64,000 nt of DNA from an uncultured Bacilli bacterium (lineage in GTDB: Bacteria > Bacillota_I > Bacilli_A > RFN20 > CAG-826): NCBI GenBank assembly GCA_944358985.1, contig CALVSI010000001.1, positions 80,156 to 144,155 of the forward strand, in the 5' to 3' direction. Shown here in pieces: positions 19,449 through 29,954 of this stretch. The stretch's first letter is position 1; each line of letters begins with the position of its first letter. The notes under the pieces are model-generated. The model was not told the origin of the DNA. It made no database searches and saw only the letters and a list, made by a program, of their open reading frames with translations. The position numbers and the translations under genes are program-made.

Positions 19449-22112
19449 TTAATCATTAATTCCAATAAATATAGCTTCCTCAGGCTCGCTAGATTTAACT
19501 TTTGGAGCTTTTTTGTGTTTACGTTTGATTTTAAGATTTGGTAATTTGATATTTAATTTACGCATAATTTTATAAATAAACATATAAACTGGACCAAAGC
19601 AAGTTAAAATCAAAGCCAAACCCACTATTAAGCCAACAAAAGCAAATAGATAATAATTAGAAGTTGCTAAAGGTCCAAAACCAAAATTATTTAAGCATAA
19701 ATAGGCAACAACAATTCCAGCAACCGCAATAGTGCTTGCACTTAAAGAAACGGCTTTATTCATTATTTCAACACGTTTTTCAACGCTATTATCCTTACTT
19801 CTAACCAATTCGTCTTTAACCATTTCTTTATCTTTGTTAGCAAATAATGTCATTAATAAATAACTAACAGTAATAATAAGTGGTAAAGCAATAAATAAGT
19901 CTAGACCAACACTAACACGAGTTAAGACAAATACTCCGACACTAATAAATCCAATTACTCCACTAAATAAGACGGTTGCTAATCCTTTTGATAATCCATA
20001 ACGAAGCGTCAAATATAATGACATAAATCCAATTGCAACAGCACTTGCCACTACAATCCAAATATAATCAGGCTGTTGAGCGTTAACATGTTTTGTCATT
20101 TTAACAGATGCTACAGCATTAGCGTCAACGTTTGCATTTTCGATATAATCGACATATAAATTGTTTAAACTATCTTCATAACCATCGTCTAAATTGAGTT
20201 TTGCCATTTGTTCACCATCAATTGGACGATTTAAATCAACGACGATATATGTATAATTTGTCGTTACACCTTCGATAACTTCTTCACGAGAATATACAGT
20301 CATATATTCGTTAAGATTAGTGCCTTCTTCAAACAAATCTTCATATGTTGTTTCTTCGTTTTCCTCATAGACTAATTGAGTGTTTTTTAATAAATTTTCT
20401 ACATAAGAAAGATTAACAGACGAATTATTTGTTGTTGTTTCAAAATATAAGTATGTATTTCCTTGTGAATAAGTTCCTGGGTTAAAAATTGTTCCGTTAT
20501 CTAAAACACCAAAGGTGATAGAACCAGCAATAGATGCAACAAACAAAATTAGTCCAACAATCATAAATGGTTTTTTATGTTTAGTAAAATTAGTATTTTG
20601 GAATGTTCCATAAAAAGATTGTTTTTCTTCATTTAAAATGTTTGGAACGTTTTCGTTTTTAACACCAATGACACTATATTTATTCGTAAATTTTGTAGTG
20701 TTAGTTAATAACCACATCAATGTTTTTAATCCTAATGTATTTAAAAGCAATGAAGCAATTCCACCAAAAACACACACTGCAGCAAATGAAATCATCATTT
20801 CGCCACCTAGCCAATAAAATATAGCACCAATAATAACTAATAAAACATTTAAATCAACTATTGGAAGTAAAGCTCTTTTTGCACCTTCCGCGTTAGCTTT
20901 TTTTAGTGAACGACCGCGATAACATTCTTCTTTTACTTTGTTGATATAAATAACTCCGCACACAACACTGACAATAGCTACTAATGCTAATCCAACAACC
21001 ATTGCTGTATTAAATTCAACTGTAAATAAAATTGAAAATAAAAGTGCAAGATAAGTTGAACCAATGCCTAAAGTAGCAATAGCAAGTGCAGCCCAACGAT
21101 AAAATGCTGCTAATAGTAAAGATAAAATTAAAATTGCAAATAATGTAGCAATTAATGTTCTAGACATAGCAACAGTTTCTCTCATGCCATAAGAAATAAT
21201 ATTTTCAAAATAAGCAGGAACTGTTTTTTCAAAAATAAACGTGACATTATATGGTAGTTCATCGCTATTTAAAAGATTGACATAATAATTTGCAATTTGT
21301 GTACCATTACTTACATCATTACTTGTAATAGATCCATCTCCATCTGTGTCGATATTTACGCTACTAGCAATTGCGGTATGGGTATCATCACTCCAAATTC
21401 TTGAAATATCAAATTGCATAAGCAATTTATCGGCTTTATCTTCATCATAATCATCACTTGAAGATATCAATTCGGAAATAGTATCAGTTTCTTCATTAAA
21501 GTTATAAGCTAAATAAACATAAGTAGCGGTATCTTCAGTAGTTTCCCCTTCTTCTTCGCTTGAAGTATTATTGTTTGCTTCTTCTTGCAATCTTTCTGCT
21601 TCTTCAATAACAGCTTGAAACTCTTCACTCTCACTATTAATTGGAATGACGACAGTTGGATAATGATTAACAAAAGTCACATAACTTTCGCGTGAAGTAT
21701 CCATAAATTCATCACCGATGGCAACTGTGTTTGAACTAGTGCCAAGAGCGAAAGCCCCATTAAATGACAAATATGTTTCGATTTGTTCATAATATGCAGT
21801 TTGTTCTTCACTTAAAACAACTTCTACAATATCATTACCTTGGGTATAAATATCATATCTTGTTTCACCATAAGTGTTTAATCTTTGTTCCATGATGCTA
21901 GCAATTTCACTAGAAGCATCTTCAGGAAGAACACTATCATCATCGGTGCTAGAAAGTTGGAAAGTTAAAGATTTGCCATCGGCATATTCAATGTTTGTAT
22001 GACTTTTTAAAAAAGCGGTATTAAATGTGACGCCAACTGCGGTTAATCCAAGAACAGATAAGGCTAAATAAGCAATAAATCTTCTCATAAATCTCAATTC
22101 CTTTTTAATCAA
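19449..22112 (-). CDS. secDF: Fused protein translocase SecDF (divergent)
   Basis: Two repeats of 1 TM + large extracellular domain + 5 TM; KEE...GRS..A...G..RA..PIVD.N; ruvB-secDF-recJ synteny. Confidence 0.8.
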   Translation of the reverse strand: MIKKELRFMRRFIAYLALSVLGLTAVGVTFNTAFLKSHTNIEYADGKSLTFQLSSTDDDSVLPEDASSEIASIMEQRLNTYGETRYDIYTQGNDIVEVVLSEEQTAYYEQIETYLSFNGAFALGTSSNTVAIGDEFMDTSRESYVTFVNHYPTVVIPINSESEEFQAVIEEAERLQEEANNNTSSEEEGETTEDTATYVYLAYNFNEETDTISELISSSDDYDEDKADKLLMQFDISRIWSDDTHTAIASSVNIDTDGDGSITSNDVSNGTQIANYYVNLLNSDELPYNVTFIFEKTVPAYFENIISYGMRETVAMSRTLIATLFAILILSLLLAAFYRWAALAIATLGIGSTYLALLFSILFTVEFNTAMVVGLALVAIVSVVCGVIYINKVKEECYRGRSLKKANAEGAKRALLPIVDLNVLLVIIGAIFYWLGGEMMISFAAVCVFGGIASLLLNTLGLKTLMWLLTNTTKFTNKYSVIGVKNENVPNILNEEKQSFYGTFQNTNFTKHKKPFMIVGLILFVASIAGSITFGVLDNGTIFNPGTYSQGNTYLYFETTTNNSSVNLSYVENLLKNTQLVYEENEETTYEDLFEEGTNLNEYMTVYSREEVIEGVTTNYTYIVVDLNRPIDGEQMAKLNLDDGYEDSLNNLYVDYIENANVDANAVASVKMTKHVNAQQPDYIWIVVASAVAIGFMSLYLTLRYGLSKGLATVLFSGVIGFISVGVFVLTRVSVGLDLFIALPLIITVSYLLMTLFANKDKEMVKDELVRSKDNSVEKRVEIMNKAVSLSASTIAVAGIVVAYLCLNNFGFGPLATSNYYLFAFVGLIVGLALILTCFGPVYMFIYKIMRKLNIKLPNLKIKRKHKKAPKVKSSEPEEAIFIGIND

Positions 22113-22192
22113 TAAAATCCATATAAAATAATCGCATAAAATATGCTTTTATAATTTACAACAAAAGTAAGTATTTTTCAACAATTTATTTA

Positions 22193-23200
22193 TTAAAATA
22201 AATTACCTTGATAATCGATTTTTAAATGTTTATATGCTTTATTTGTTACAACTCGCCCTTTACTAGTTCGATTAATAAAGCCGATTTGTATTAAATATGG
22301 TTCATAAACATCTTCTAAATTAGTTGTTTCTTCTCCGATTGCACTTGCGATAGCCTCAACACCAACTGGACCGCCTTTATACCTATCAATAATTGTTTGT
22401 AAATATCTAATATCTACATCATCTAAACCAAGCGGATCAACTTTTAAAGCATTAAGAGCCTTCAATGCGTGCTCCAAATTTATATCATCATATCCTTCAT
22501 AATTTGCAAAATCACGAACACGTCTAAATAAACGATTGGCGATTCTAGGTGTGCCACGACTTCGCTTAGCTATTTCATAACTAGCGTCATCATTAATTTT
22601 GCAGTTATAAACTTTCGCTGTTCTTTTGACAATTTGATTTATTTCATCGATAGTATAAAAATTTATTTTTTCACATATGCCAAATCTAGCTCTTAATGGA
22701 GATGATAAATCTCCAGCCCGCGTTGTTGCACCAATTAAGGTAAAAGGAGCAATATCAATTGTTAATGTTTTTGCAGATGTTTCACGCGATACCACTAAAG
22801 AAATTGTATAATCTTCCATTGCTTGATATAAAATTTCTTCCACAATACGAGGTAAACGATGGATTTCATCGATAAATAACACCTCACCAGGTTCTAAATC
22901 AGTTAGTATAGTTGCTAAATCACCAGCTTTTTCAATTGAAGGTCCGCTGATAACACGGATTTTTGCATGCATTTCATTTGCAATAACATGGGCTAAGGTA
23001 GTTTTTCCTAGACCAGGAGGACCATAAAACAAACAATGATCAAGACATTCGCTACGATGCAAAGCAGCATAAATAAAAACACGAAGATTGTTTTTTAAAT
23101 GCGTCTGCCCGACATACTCATCAAGAGTTTGGGGACGCAATGAAATTTCTTCATTTTCTTCCTCTATATTTAAATGATTGTCCATTAATCTTTTTTTCAT
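22193..23200 (-). CDS. ruvB: Holliday junction helicase RuvB
   Basis: LRP..LDEYVGQ, GPPGLGKTTLA, FIDEIHR, GATTRAG, RGTPRIANR. Confidence 0.98.
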   Translation of the reverse strand: MKKRLMDNHLNIEEENEEISLRPQTLDEYVGQTHLKNNLRVFIYAALHRSECLDHCLFYGPPGLGKTTLAHVIANEMHAKIRVISGPSIEKAGDLATILTDLEPGEVLFIDEIHRLPRIVEEILYQAMEDYTISLVVSRETSAKTLTIDIAPFTLIGATTRAGDLSSPLRARFGICEKINFYTIDEINQIVKRTAKVYNCKINDDASYEIAKRSRGTPRIANRLFRRVRDFANYEGYDDINLEHALKALNALKVDPLGLDDVDIRYLQTIIDRYKGGPVGVEAIASAIGEETTNLEDVYEPYLIQIGFINRTSKGRVVTNKAYKHLKIDYQGNLF

Positions 23201-23754
23201 TATTTTTTCCTCAAGTTTTTAAGTGCTAAGGCTAATATTTCTTCGTTAGTAGCGTTTTCGATATTAATTTGGGCTAAAACATTTTCGATTTGAGTATTTT
23301 TAAATCCTAATTGCTTTAAAGCTTGCTTAACATCTTCATATTGTTCAGGATTTCCTTTTTCACCAGTTAATTGGCCTTTTAAATCTAAAATGATTTGACT
23401 CGCGGCTTTTTGCCCAATGCCTGGTAGTCTTTTTAAATAGGCAACGTTGTTACTAGCAATAGCTTTCATTAACATATCTGGCGTTGTCATAGACAAAGCA
23501 TTAATTGCTAATTTTGGACCTATTCCCTTGACGTTAATTAAAGACAAAAAAGCTTGCTTTTCTAAAAGATTATTAAATCCAACGAGATATTGTTCATCTT
23601 CTCTAACAACTAAATAAGTATAAACAAAAGTTTCTTCATTAAGAATGAATTCATCAGGATGAGAAACGATAACTTGATATCCAACCCCATTAACATCAAT
23701 TACAATAAATTGTTTGTCTTTATGAATAATTTTACCTTTTAAAGAATAATACAT
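23200..23754 (-). CDS. ruvA: Holliday junction protein RuvA
   Basis: V.GVGY, VRED, V.GIGPK.A, PGIG.K.A..I.LDLK. Confidence 0.96.
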   Translation of the reverse strand: MYYSLKGKIIHKDKQFIVIDVNGVGYQVIVSHPDEFILNEETFVYTYLVVREDEQYLVGFNNLLEKQAFLSLINVKGIGPKLAINALSMTTPDMLMKAIASNNVAYLKRLPGIGQKAASQIILDLKGQLTGEKGNPEQYEDVKQALKQLGFKNTQIENVLAQINIENATNEEILALALKNLRKK

Positions 23755-23792
23755 CTTGTTTACCTCTTATAATTATATACAAATAAAATATT

Positions 23793-25061
23793 TTAGTTTA
23801 TATATTCAAATTCAAAATCACATAATACGACTGTGTCGCCATTTTTGGCTCCTAATTGTTCTAATTTATCATCGACACCAATATGTCGTAAATGGGAAAT
23901 TAATTTTAAAATTCCTTCATCGGTCGATAAATTAATCATCGCATAATATTTTTCGATTTTTTCCCCATAAATTCTAAATGTATTCGAATTTACTTTTTCA
24001 ATATTAAACGATTCTTCTTCTTTTAGTGAATAAACTTTGATTGTCGCTTTTTCTTGTAAATCTTCTAATGCTAAATTTGGACAATCTTGCAATTTCAAAT
24101 AACATCCTTTTTTAAATTCATCGATATTTTCGTTTGTTAAACAACTGATTGGATAAATTTTAGCTTTAACTTTGCCTTTAAATTCTTTTAATAAATCAAT
24201 TGCTCCATCTTCATCCATCTTACTAGCAACAATTATATAAGGGCGATTGTATAGATTATATCCATATTCTTTTAACTCTTCTCGTAATTCTATAAATTGT
24301 TGGTAAGGATCCATGCTTCCATCCATAGAAATCACATAACAAATAAGACGACATCTTTGCACGTGCCTTAAAAATGTTAATCCTAATCCTTTTCCTAAAT
24401 GTGCACCTTTAATTAAACCTGGCAAATCCGCTAAAACAAAATAATCGTTATTATTTAGATAAACCACGCCTAAATTAGGTTCGATTGTAGTAAAAGGATA
24501 ATCAGCTATCTCAGGTTTTGCATTGCTTATTAAAGATAATAATGTGGATTTTCCAACGCTTGGAAAGCCAACTAACCCAACATCCGCTAGTAATTTCAAT
24601 TCCAATGTTAACTTTTTAATTTGTCCAGGCTCTCCATTTTCTGCAATTTTTGGTGCACGATTAATGCTAGATTTAAAACAAGCATTTCCTCTTCCGCCTC
24701 TTCCACCTTTTGCGACCATTACCATCTTATTATTTTCATCTAAATCAGCAAAAAAAGTGTGTTCAGGTTCAATATAAATGACAGTGCCAACAGGAACATC
24801 GACAATAACATCATCTGCACATCGACCATATTTATTTTTGGAACCACCTTTTTCGCCATCATTTGCGATAATTACTTTTGAGTGGCGAAAATTAAAAAGC
24901 GTATTTAAATTTTTATTGGCACGAAAATAAATTGATCCACCTCGACCACCATTTCCACCGCTTGGACCACCAAACGGGAGATATTTTTCGCGTAGGAAAG
25001 CAATCATTCCATCTCCGCCTTTTCCTGAACGAACCTCGATTTTAACTTGATCAATAAACAT
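23793..25061 (-). CDS. obgE: GTPase ObgE/CgtA
   Basis: Gly-rich Obg fold, GFPSVGKST, YPFTT, DLPG. Confidence 0.97.
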   Translation of the reverse strand: MFIDQVKIEVRSGKGGDGMIAFLREKYLPFGGPSGGNGGRGGSIYFRANKNLNTLFNFRHSKVIIANDGEKGGSKNKYGRCADDVIVDVPVGTVIYIEPEHTFFADLDENNKMVMVAKGGRGGRGNACFKSSINRAPKIAENGEPGQIKKLTLELKLLADVGLVGFPSVGKSTLLSLISNAKPEIADYPFTTIEPNLGVVYLNNNDYFVLADLPGLIKGAHLGKGLGLTFLRHVQRCRLICYVISMDGSMDPYQQFIELREELKEYGYNLYNRPYIIVASKMDEDGAIDLLKEFKGKVKAKIYPISCLTNENIDEFKKGCYLKLQDCPNLALEDLQEKATIKVYSLKEEESFNIEKVNSNTFRIYGEKIEKYYAMINLSTDEGILKLISHLRHIGVDDKLEQLGAKNGDTVVLCDFEFEYIN

Positions 25062-25085
25062 TTTATTCTCCGAAATATATTTTAT

Positions 25086-25113
25086 AAAAAGACCACATTG
25101 TTTTCAATGTGGC
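25086..25113 (-). terminator. Intrinsic terminator after rpmA
   Basis: CCACATTG-aaaa-CAATGTGG followed by tcttttt. Confidence 0.75.
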
Positions 25114-25123
25114 TTTTATTATT

Positions 25124-25411
25124 TTATTTAGCTTCAATTACATTAACACGGGTTCTATTTTTTCCCCAACGTTCATATTTTACAATACCAGACTTAGTAG
25201 CAAATATTGTATCATCTCCACCGCGCTTTGTATTAAGTCCTGGATAAATTTTTGTTCCGCGTTGACGATAAATAATATTTCCCGCTAAAGCAAATTGCCC
25301 ATCAGCTTTTTTAGCACCAAGTCTTTTTGATTCGCTATCACGTCCATTTTTAGTGGAACCGACACCCTTTTTACTAGCAAAGAGTTGTATATCTAATCTA
25401 AAGTTCATCAT
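25124..25411 (-). CDS. rpmA: 50S ribosomal protein L27 with Prp-cleaved N-terminal extension
   Basis: ...[26 protein letters not shown]. Confidence 0.98.
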   Translation of the reverse strand: MMNFRLDIQLFASKKGVGSTKNGRDSESKRLGAKKADGQFALAGNIIYRQRGTKIYPGLNTKRGGDDTIFATKSGIVKYERWGKNRTRVNVIEAK

Positions 25412-25418
25412 CTTTTCT

Positions 25419-25733
25419 TTATCCTTTCTTCATAAATTCAATTTTGATATTTTTTGGATAACTTTCAGCAATTGTTTTTAAGGAAGTAATTATCGTTTCG
25501 ATGACAATCTCGTCATGATACGTTAATTTTCCTTTTAATTTCAATAATGCATATCCATTTTCAAGAATCATTTCAAATTCTTGATTTTCTTTGATGGAAT
25601 TAAATCCTCCAGTTAACACGCTTGATACGCCTGCGCAAATCAAATCTTGACCATGTACATCACTTCCGGCGTGACCCCTAACTATTAATGATTTAAATTC
25701 TTTGTTTTCTCCATCAATTTTTACAATAATCAT
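25419..25733 (-). CDS. prp: Ribosomal-processing cysteine protease Prp (YsxB)
   Basis: GHA...G.DLICAGVS catalytic motif; located between rplU and rpmA. Confidence 0.93.
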   Translation of the reverse strand: MIIVKIDGENKEFKSLIVRGHAGSDVHGQDLICAGVSSVLTGGFNSIKENQEFEMILENGYALLKLKGKLTYHDEIVIETIITSLKTIAESYPKNIKIEFMKKG

Positions 25734-25735
25734 AT

Positions 25736-26044
25736 TTAAGCATTAATACTTTCAATGACTAAGCATGTATATGGTTGACGATGACCTAAAGTTTTACGTT
25801 CATTGTGCTTGGCTTTGTATTTGTAAATACGAATTTTTTTACCTAAGCCATGCTTTTCCACTTTAGCGACAACGCTCGCGCCTTTGACATATGGTTTACC
25901 GACTTTATTAGATTTATCGCTTACCAATAACACTTTATCAAAGGTATAAGACGCTCCTGATTCAACATCAAGTTTTTCAACATAAATTTTTGAACCAACT
26001 TCAACGCGTACTTGTTTACCACCAGTTTCGATAATTGCGTACAT
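25736..26044 (-). CDS. rplU: 50S ribosomal protein L21
   Basis: [18 protein letters not shown]. Confidence 0.98.
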   Translation of the reverse strand: MYAIIETGGKQVRVEVGSKIYVEKLDVESGASYTFDKVLLVSDKSNKVGKPYVKGASVVAKVEKHGLGKKIRIYKYKAKHNERKTLGHRQPYTCLVIESINA

Positions 26045-26065
26045 AAATGTCCTCCTTTTTTAAAC

Positions 26066-26147
26066 TAATGACTCGCTTGCAAGGTATAATGCAATGCATT
26101 AATTTATGACCTTTTTAAGGCGGTTGTAGCCAAATATAGGCGACAAC
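26066..26147 (-). ncRNA. Probable L21 leader RNA (ribosomal protein autoregulatory element)
   Basis: 5' UTR of rplU containing GCTACAACCGCC...GCGAGTC, resembling the Firmicutes L21 leader. Confidence 0.55.
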
Positions 26148-26153
26148 GAAAGT

Positions 26154-26182
26154 AATATAACATTAGTTATATATTTTGTCAA
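26154..26182 (-). promoter_or_regulatory. Sigma-A promoter of the rplU-prp-rpmA operon
   Basis: TTGACA-17 nt-TATATT with TG extension. Confidence 0.75.
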
Positions 26183-26183
26183 A

Positions 26184-26876
26184 TCATATTTGATTTTCTA
26201 AAAATGAAAAATATCCTTTTGGATAAATTACGATATGATCTACTAGTAAAATTTTCTCCTTTTTTGCTTTGTTTTTCAATTCGTAAGTAAATAAAATATC
26301 TTCATCGCTTGGATAAGGATAATTTTCGATATGATTATGCAATAAAATAAATTTGCTTTTACGTTCTTTTTTAATGAATTTTATTATTTCTTGGCTAGAA
26401 ACATAAACATATTTTTCACTGCCTTGATAAAATAATGTTTCATTAACAATTTTGTTTTGATAGTTAAGTAAAATAATGAAGACTAACTCTTGATTTTTAT
26501 TATTTAACAGGTTTTGATATTTATTTGTTAAATAGGTTAAATTATCGCTATAAAGATAAAAGGATTTTTTCACATTTATTCTTTTATAAAATTCAAAAAT
26601 AGTTTTTAGTAAAAGTGCTTTATTTTTATTAATTCCTTTAATGCTAATAAGTCTTTCATAATCCATACTTATTACATTGATCAACCCACCATTTTGATAA
26701 TATATTTCATGAGCAAGTTGCAATACATTTTTATTTTTATAACCGCTGTTTAAAATAATAGCAAATAATTCAACATCGCTCAAAGTTTCAATTCCATACC
26801 GCAAAGCTTTTTCTTTAGGACGCTCGATTATCGGCAAATCCTTTATTTTATAATTTATTCCCAAGTAAATTTCCAC
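26184..26876 (-). CDS. radC: RadC/JAB domain protein
   Basis: ERP.EK...G...LSD.EL.AI.L..G, HNH......PS..D, DHIV. Confidence 0.9.
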   Translation of the reverse strand: MEIYLGINYKIKDLPIIERPKEKALRYGIETLSDVELFAIILNSGYKNKNVLQLAHEIYYQNGGLINVISMDYERLISIKGINKNKALLLKTIFEFYKRINVKKSFYLYSDNLTYLTNKYQNLLNNKNQELVFIILLNYQNKIVNETLFYQGSEKYVYVSSQEIIKFIKKERKSKFILLHNHIENYPYPSDEDILFTYELKNKAKKEKILLVDHIVIYPKGYFSFLENQI

Positions 26877-27040
26877 CCGCCAGGAATTGTAACATTTGCT
26901 TCGTTTGACAAAAACAATCGATAGATAATAACGGCGACAACTGCAACAGCAATAACCGCCATGACCGTTGTTAGTGTAATAGCTTCACCAACATAGTGTT
27001 GTTTTAATTCTTCATCACTTAAAATTCTTAATTTATTCAT
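26855..27040 (-). CDS. 61-aa hydrophobic peptide with a bacteriocin-type leader-like N-terminus
   Basis: SD GAGGGG; LSDEEL....VG then a hydrophobic helix; overlaps the radC start. Confidence 0.7.
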   Translation of the reverse strand: MNKLRILSDEELKQHYVGEAITLTTVMAVIAVAVVAVIIYRLFLSNEANVTIPGGWKFTWE

Positions 27041-27091
27041 TTTTCCCCTCCTAATTACTTATAGAGAAAAAATAAATAAAAAACTAAAAAA

Positions 27092-29689
27092 TTATTGGAG
27101 TTGTTTTAATTGATTTTCTAATTTTTTTAAATTTTCTTCATGAGCTTTTAATTTTTCTTGTTCTAAAATTATTTTTTCTGGTTTCGCTTTGCTCATAAAG
27201 TTTGGATTATTAAGCATTTTATTACAACGAGTGATTTCGGCTTTTTCATTTTCGATGTTTTTCAAAATTAATTTTTTGATATCATCCTTATTGGCGTTAA
27301 CTTGAATTAAAATATCACCATAATTGTGAATAAAAATTGCCCCATTTTGATCGATTAAACTCTCTTCAACATTTTCGATTTTGCTTGCAAAAGTAAATCT
27401 TTTTAAATAATTTATGAAATTATCAAAAGTATTTATTCGCATATTTATTTTAAGTTGACAATCAGCGTTTGGTGCTAATTTATTATTAGTTTTGTAGTTT
27501 CTAACATCTTTTATATAATCTAAAAGCAATGATACAGAATTATCAAAATAAGAATTTACAAATTTCTTTTCCACCTTTGGATAATTTTCAAGCATTATCG
27601 ATTCAAGATGTTCTGGTAATGATAAATATATTTCTTCGCTTATAAAAGGTGTATATGGATAAATTAGTAAAACAATAGTTTTTAAACACTTATACAATAC
27701 TTGATAAATAATATCTTTATACTTATCGTTGTTATTTTGTAATGATATTTTAGACATTTCTAAGTAGATCGAACAAAAGTCGTCATAGACAAAATTATAT
27801 AAATGTCCGCTAGCAGCATTAAAATCATATTTATCCATGTTTTTAGTAACATTTTTTATAGTGATTTGTAATTTATTTAAAATCCACGTTTCAAAACCAT
27901 CGAGTTTTGCTTTGTTAATGTCTTTTACCTTAAAATCGCTTGGTAATACATTTAAAATATAGCGGGCAGAATTCCAAATTTTATTTAAATAATTATATGA
28001 TGATTCAACTTTTTCTTTGCTATATCGCATATCTAGTCCTGGTGTTGAATTTGTTGTTAAAAAATAACGCAAAGCGTCCGCACCAAATTCATCGACTACA
28101 TCATTTGGATCAACACCATTTCCTAACGATTTTGACATTTTTCTGCCTAATTCATCTCTAACTAAACCATGGATAATGACATTTTTAAATGGTGGTTTCT
28201 TTAAATTATATAATGATTGAAACATCATTCTAGAAACCCAAAAGAAAATAATATCGTAACCTGTTGATAAAACATCTGTTGGAAAATATCTATCCAAGTC
28301 TTCAGTTTGATTAGGCCAACCTAACGTGGAAAAAGGCCATAACCCAGAAGAAAACCATGTATCAAGAACATCTTCATCTTGAATATAATTTTCGATGTCT
28401 TTTGGAGGATTAACATCAACATATATGGTTCCGTCATCTTTTTTATAATATGCTGGTATTTGATGACCCCACCACAATTGACGAGATATACACCAATCTT
28501 CAACATTTTCCATCCATCTTAACAATACTTTGTTAAAACGTCCTGGAACAAATTTAACTTTATTTTTGCTTTTTTGATTTTCCAAAATTAGTTTAGCTAA
28601 TGGTTTCATTTTCACGAACCATTGTTTTGATAAAACCGGTTCAACAACCGCATTGCTTCTTTCTGAATGGCCAACACTATGAACAATTTCTTCAATTTTT
28701 ACTAAATTTCCTGAATTTTTAATAACGTTAACTAATTGTTCGCGGCAAACAAAACGATCTAAACCAGCGTATTTTCCACATAAATCATTCATAGTCGCAT
28801 CATTATTCATGATTATTGGTCGTGCTAAATTATGTCGTTTTGAAATTTCAAAATCGTTTGGATCATGTGCTGGCGTACATTTCATGACACCAGTTCCAAA
28901 ACTAATATCAACGTATTCGTCCCCTATCACAGGTATTTTTTCACCATTCGCAGGATTTATTACGTATTGTCCAATGTAAGATTTATAACGATCATCATTT
29001 GGATTAACGCAAACGCAAACATCACCAAACATCGTTTCTGGTCGAGTCGTGGCGACTAATAGATAATCGCTATTGTCTAGCAAACGATATTTAAAATAAT
29101 AAAATTTTCCTTTGTCGTCATGATGAATAACTTCGATATTTGATAAAGCTGTTTTTTGTACAGGATCCCAATTAATAATTTTTTCACCCCTATAAATAAG
29201 GCCATCATTATATAAATCAACAAAAACTTTTTTTACTGCTTTATTTAATCCTTCGTCTAGAGTAAATCTTTCTCTTGTATAATCAAGCATTAGTCCAAGA
29301 CTTGCCCATTGTTGATGAATGTTTTTTGAATATTCGTCTTTCCATTTCCAAGCGATGTCTAAAAATTGTTGTCGGCTTAATTTAGATATATCAACACCAT
29401 CGTCTTTTAATTTGTTCATAATTTTGGCTTGTGTTGCGATTCCTGCATGATCACAGCCAGGTAACCATAACACATCGTAGCCTTTTGCTTTTTTATATCT
29501 AGCAATAATATCTTGAATTGTCGTATCCCATGCGTGTCCTAAATGTAGTTTGCCAGTTACATTTGGAGGAGGTATAACCATAGAAAAAGCCGGTTTATTT
29601 TTCTTATTAGCAATAAAATAACCTTTTTCTAACCATTTTTGATAACGATTTTGTTCTACAGTTTTATGATCGTAACGACTAGATAACAT
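27092..29689 (-). CDS. valS: Valine--tRNA ligase (start reassigned to MLSSRY at 29689)
   Basis: PPPNVTG.LHLGH, DWCISRQLWWGH, KMSKS, C-terminal coiled coil; GGAGG SD before 29689. Confidence 0.97.
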   Translation of the reverse strand: MLSSRYDHKTVEQNRYQKWLEKGYFIANKKNKPAFSMVIPPPNVTGKLHLGHAWDTTIQDIIARYKKAKGYDVLWLPGCDHAGIATQAKIMNKLKDDGVDISKLSRQQFLDIAWKWKDEYSKNIHQQWASLGLMLDYTRERFTLDEGLNKAVKKVFVDLYNDGLIYRGEKIINWDPVQKTALSNIEVIHHDDKGKFYYFKYRLLDNSDYLLVATTRPETMFGDVCVCVNPNDDRYKSYIGQYVINPANGEKIPVIGDEYVDISFGTGVMKCTPAHDPNDFEISKRHNLARPIIMNNDATMNDLCGKYAGLDRFVCREQLVNVIKNSGNLVKIEEIVHSVGHSERSNAVVEPVLSKQWFVKMKPLAKLILENQKSKNKVKFVPGRFNKVLLRWMENVEDWCISRQLWWGHQIPAYYKKDDGTIYVDVNPPKDIENYIQDEDVLDTWFSSGLWPFSTLGWPNQTEDLDRYFPTDVLSTGYDIIFFWVSRMMFQSLYNLKKPPFKNVIIHGLVRDELGRKMSKSLGNGVDPNDVVDEFGADALRYFLTTNSTPGLDMRYSKEKVESSYNYLNKIWNSARYILNVLPSDFKVKDINKAKLDGFETWILNKLQITIKNVTKNMDKYDFNAASGHLYNFVYDDFCSIYLEMSKISLQNNNDKYKDIIYQVLYKCLKTIVLLIYPYTPFISEEIYLSLPEHLESIMLENYPKVEKKFVNSYFDNSVSLLLDYIKDVRNYKTNNKLAPNADCQLKINMRINTFDNFINYLKRFTFASKIENVEESLIDQNGAIFIHNYGDILIQVNANKDDIKKLILKNIENEKAEITRCNKMLNNPNFMSKAKPEKIILEQEKLKAHEENLKKLENQLKQLQ

Positions 29690-29705
29690 ACTAATTCCTC
29701 CTAAA

Positions 29706-29910
29706 AAATAAAAAAACGTCCTCCATAAGGACGCAATTATGCGCGGTACCACCTTAATTTATTAATCAATTAATACACTCGATTCGTTAACGCCGATATA
29801 CGTAATTACTTAATCCTTGCAAACTGACTTCAACAATCTTTTCTAGACCCCACTTCCACCTTAAGGGGCTCTCTATCTAGCAGTATTATTTACTACTTTT
29901 TGTTCAACGG
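29706..29910 (-). ncRNA. T-box riboswitch (Val) controlling valS
   Basis: AAGGTGGTACCGCG T-box; terminator CGTCCT-tatgg-AGGACG-T7; stem I AGAGA/GGTGGAA motifs; specifier GAA-GTC-A (GTC = Val) at 29826-29828. Confidence 0.92.
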
Positions 29911-29918
29911 ACAATTAA

Positions 29919-29946
29919 ATTATACTTAAAAATCAGATTCTTACAA
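29919..29946 (-). promoter_or_regulatory. Sigma-A promoter of the valS leader
   Basis: TTGTAA-16 nt-TATAAT just upstream of the T-box. Confidence 0.6.
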
Positions 29947-29954
29947 TAAATAAT

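Noticed and set aside
29690-29752. N-terminal extension of ValS given in the ORF track (MVPRII...)
   Set aside because: It runs through the T-box and terminator; the SD-supported start is 29689.
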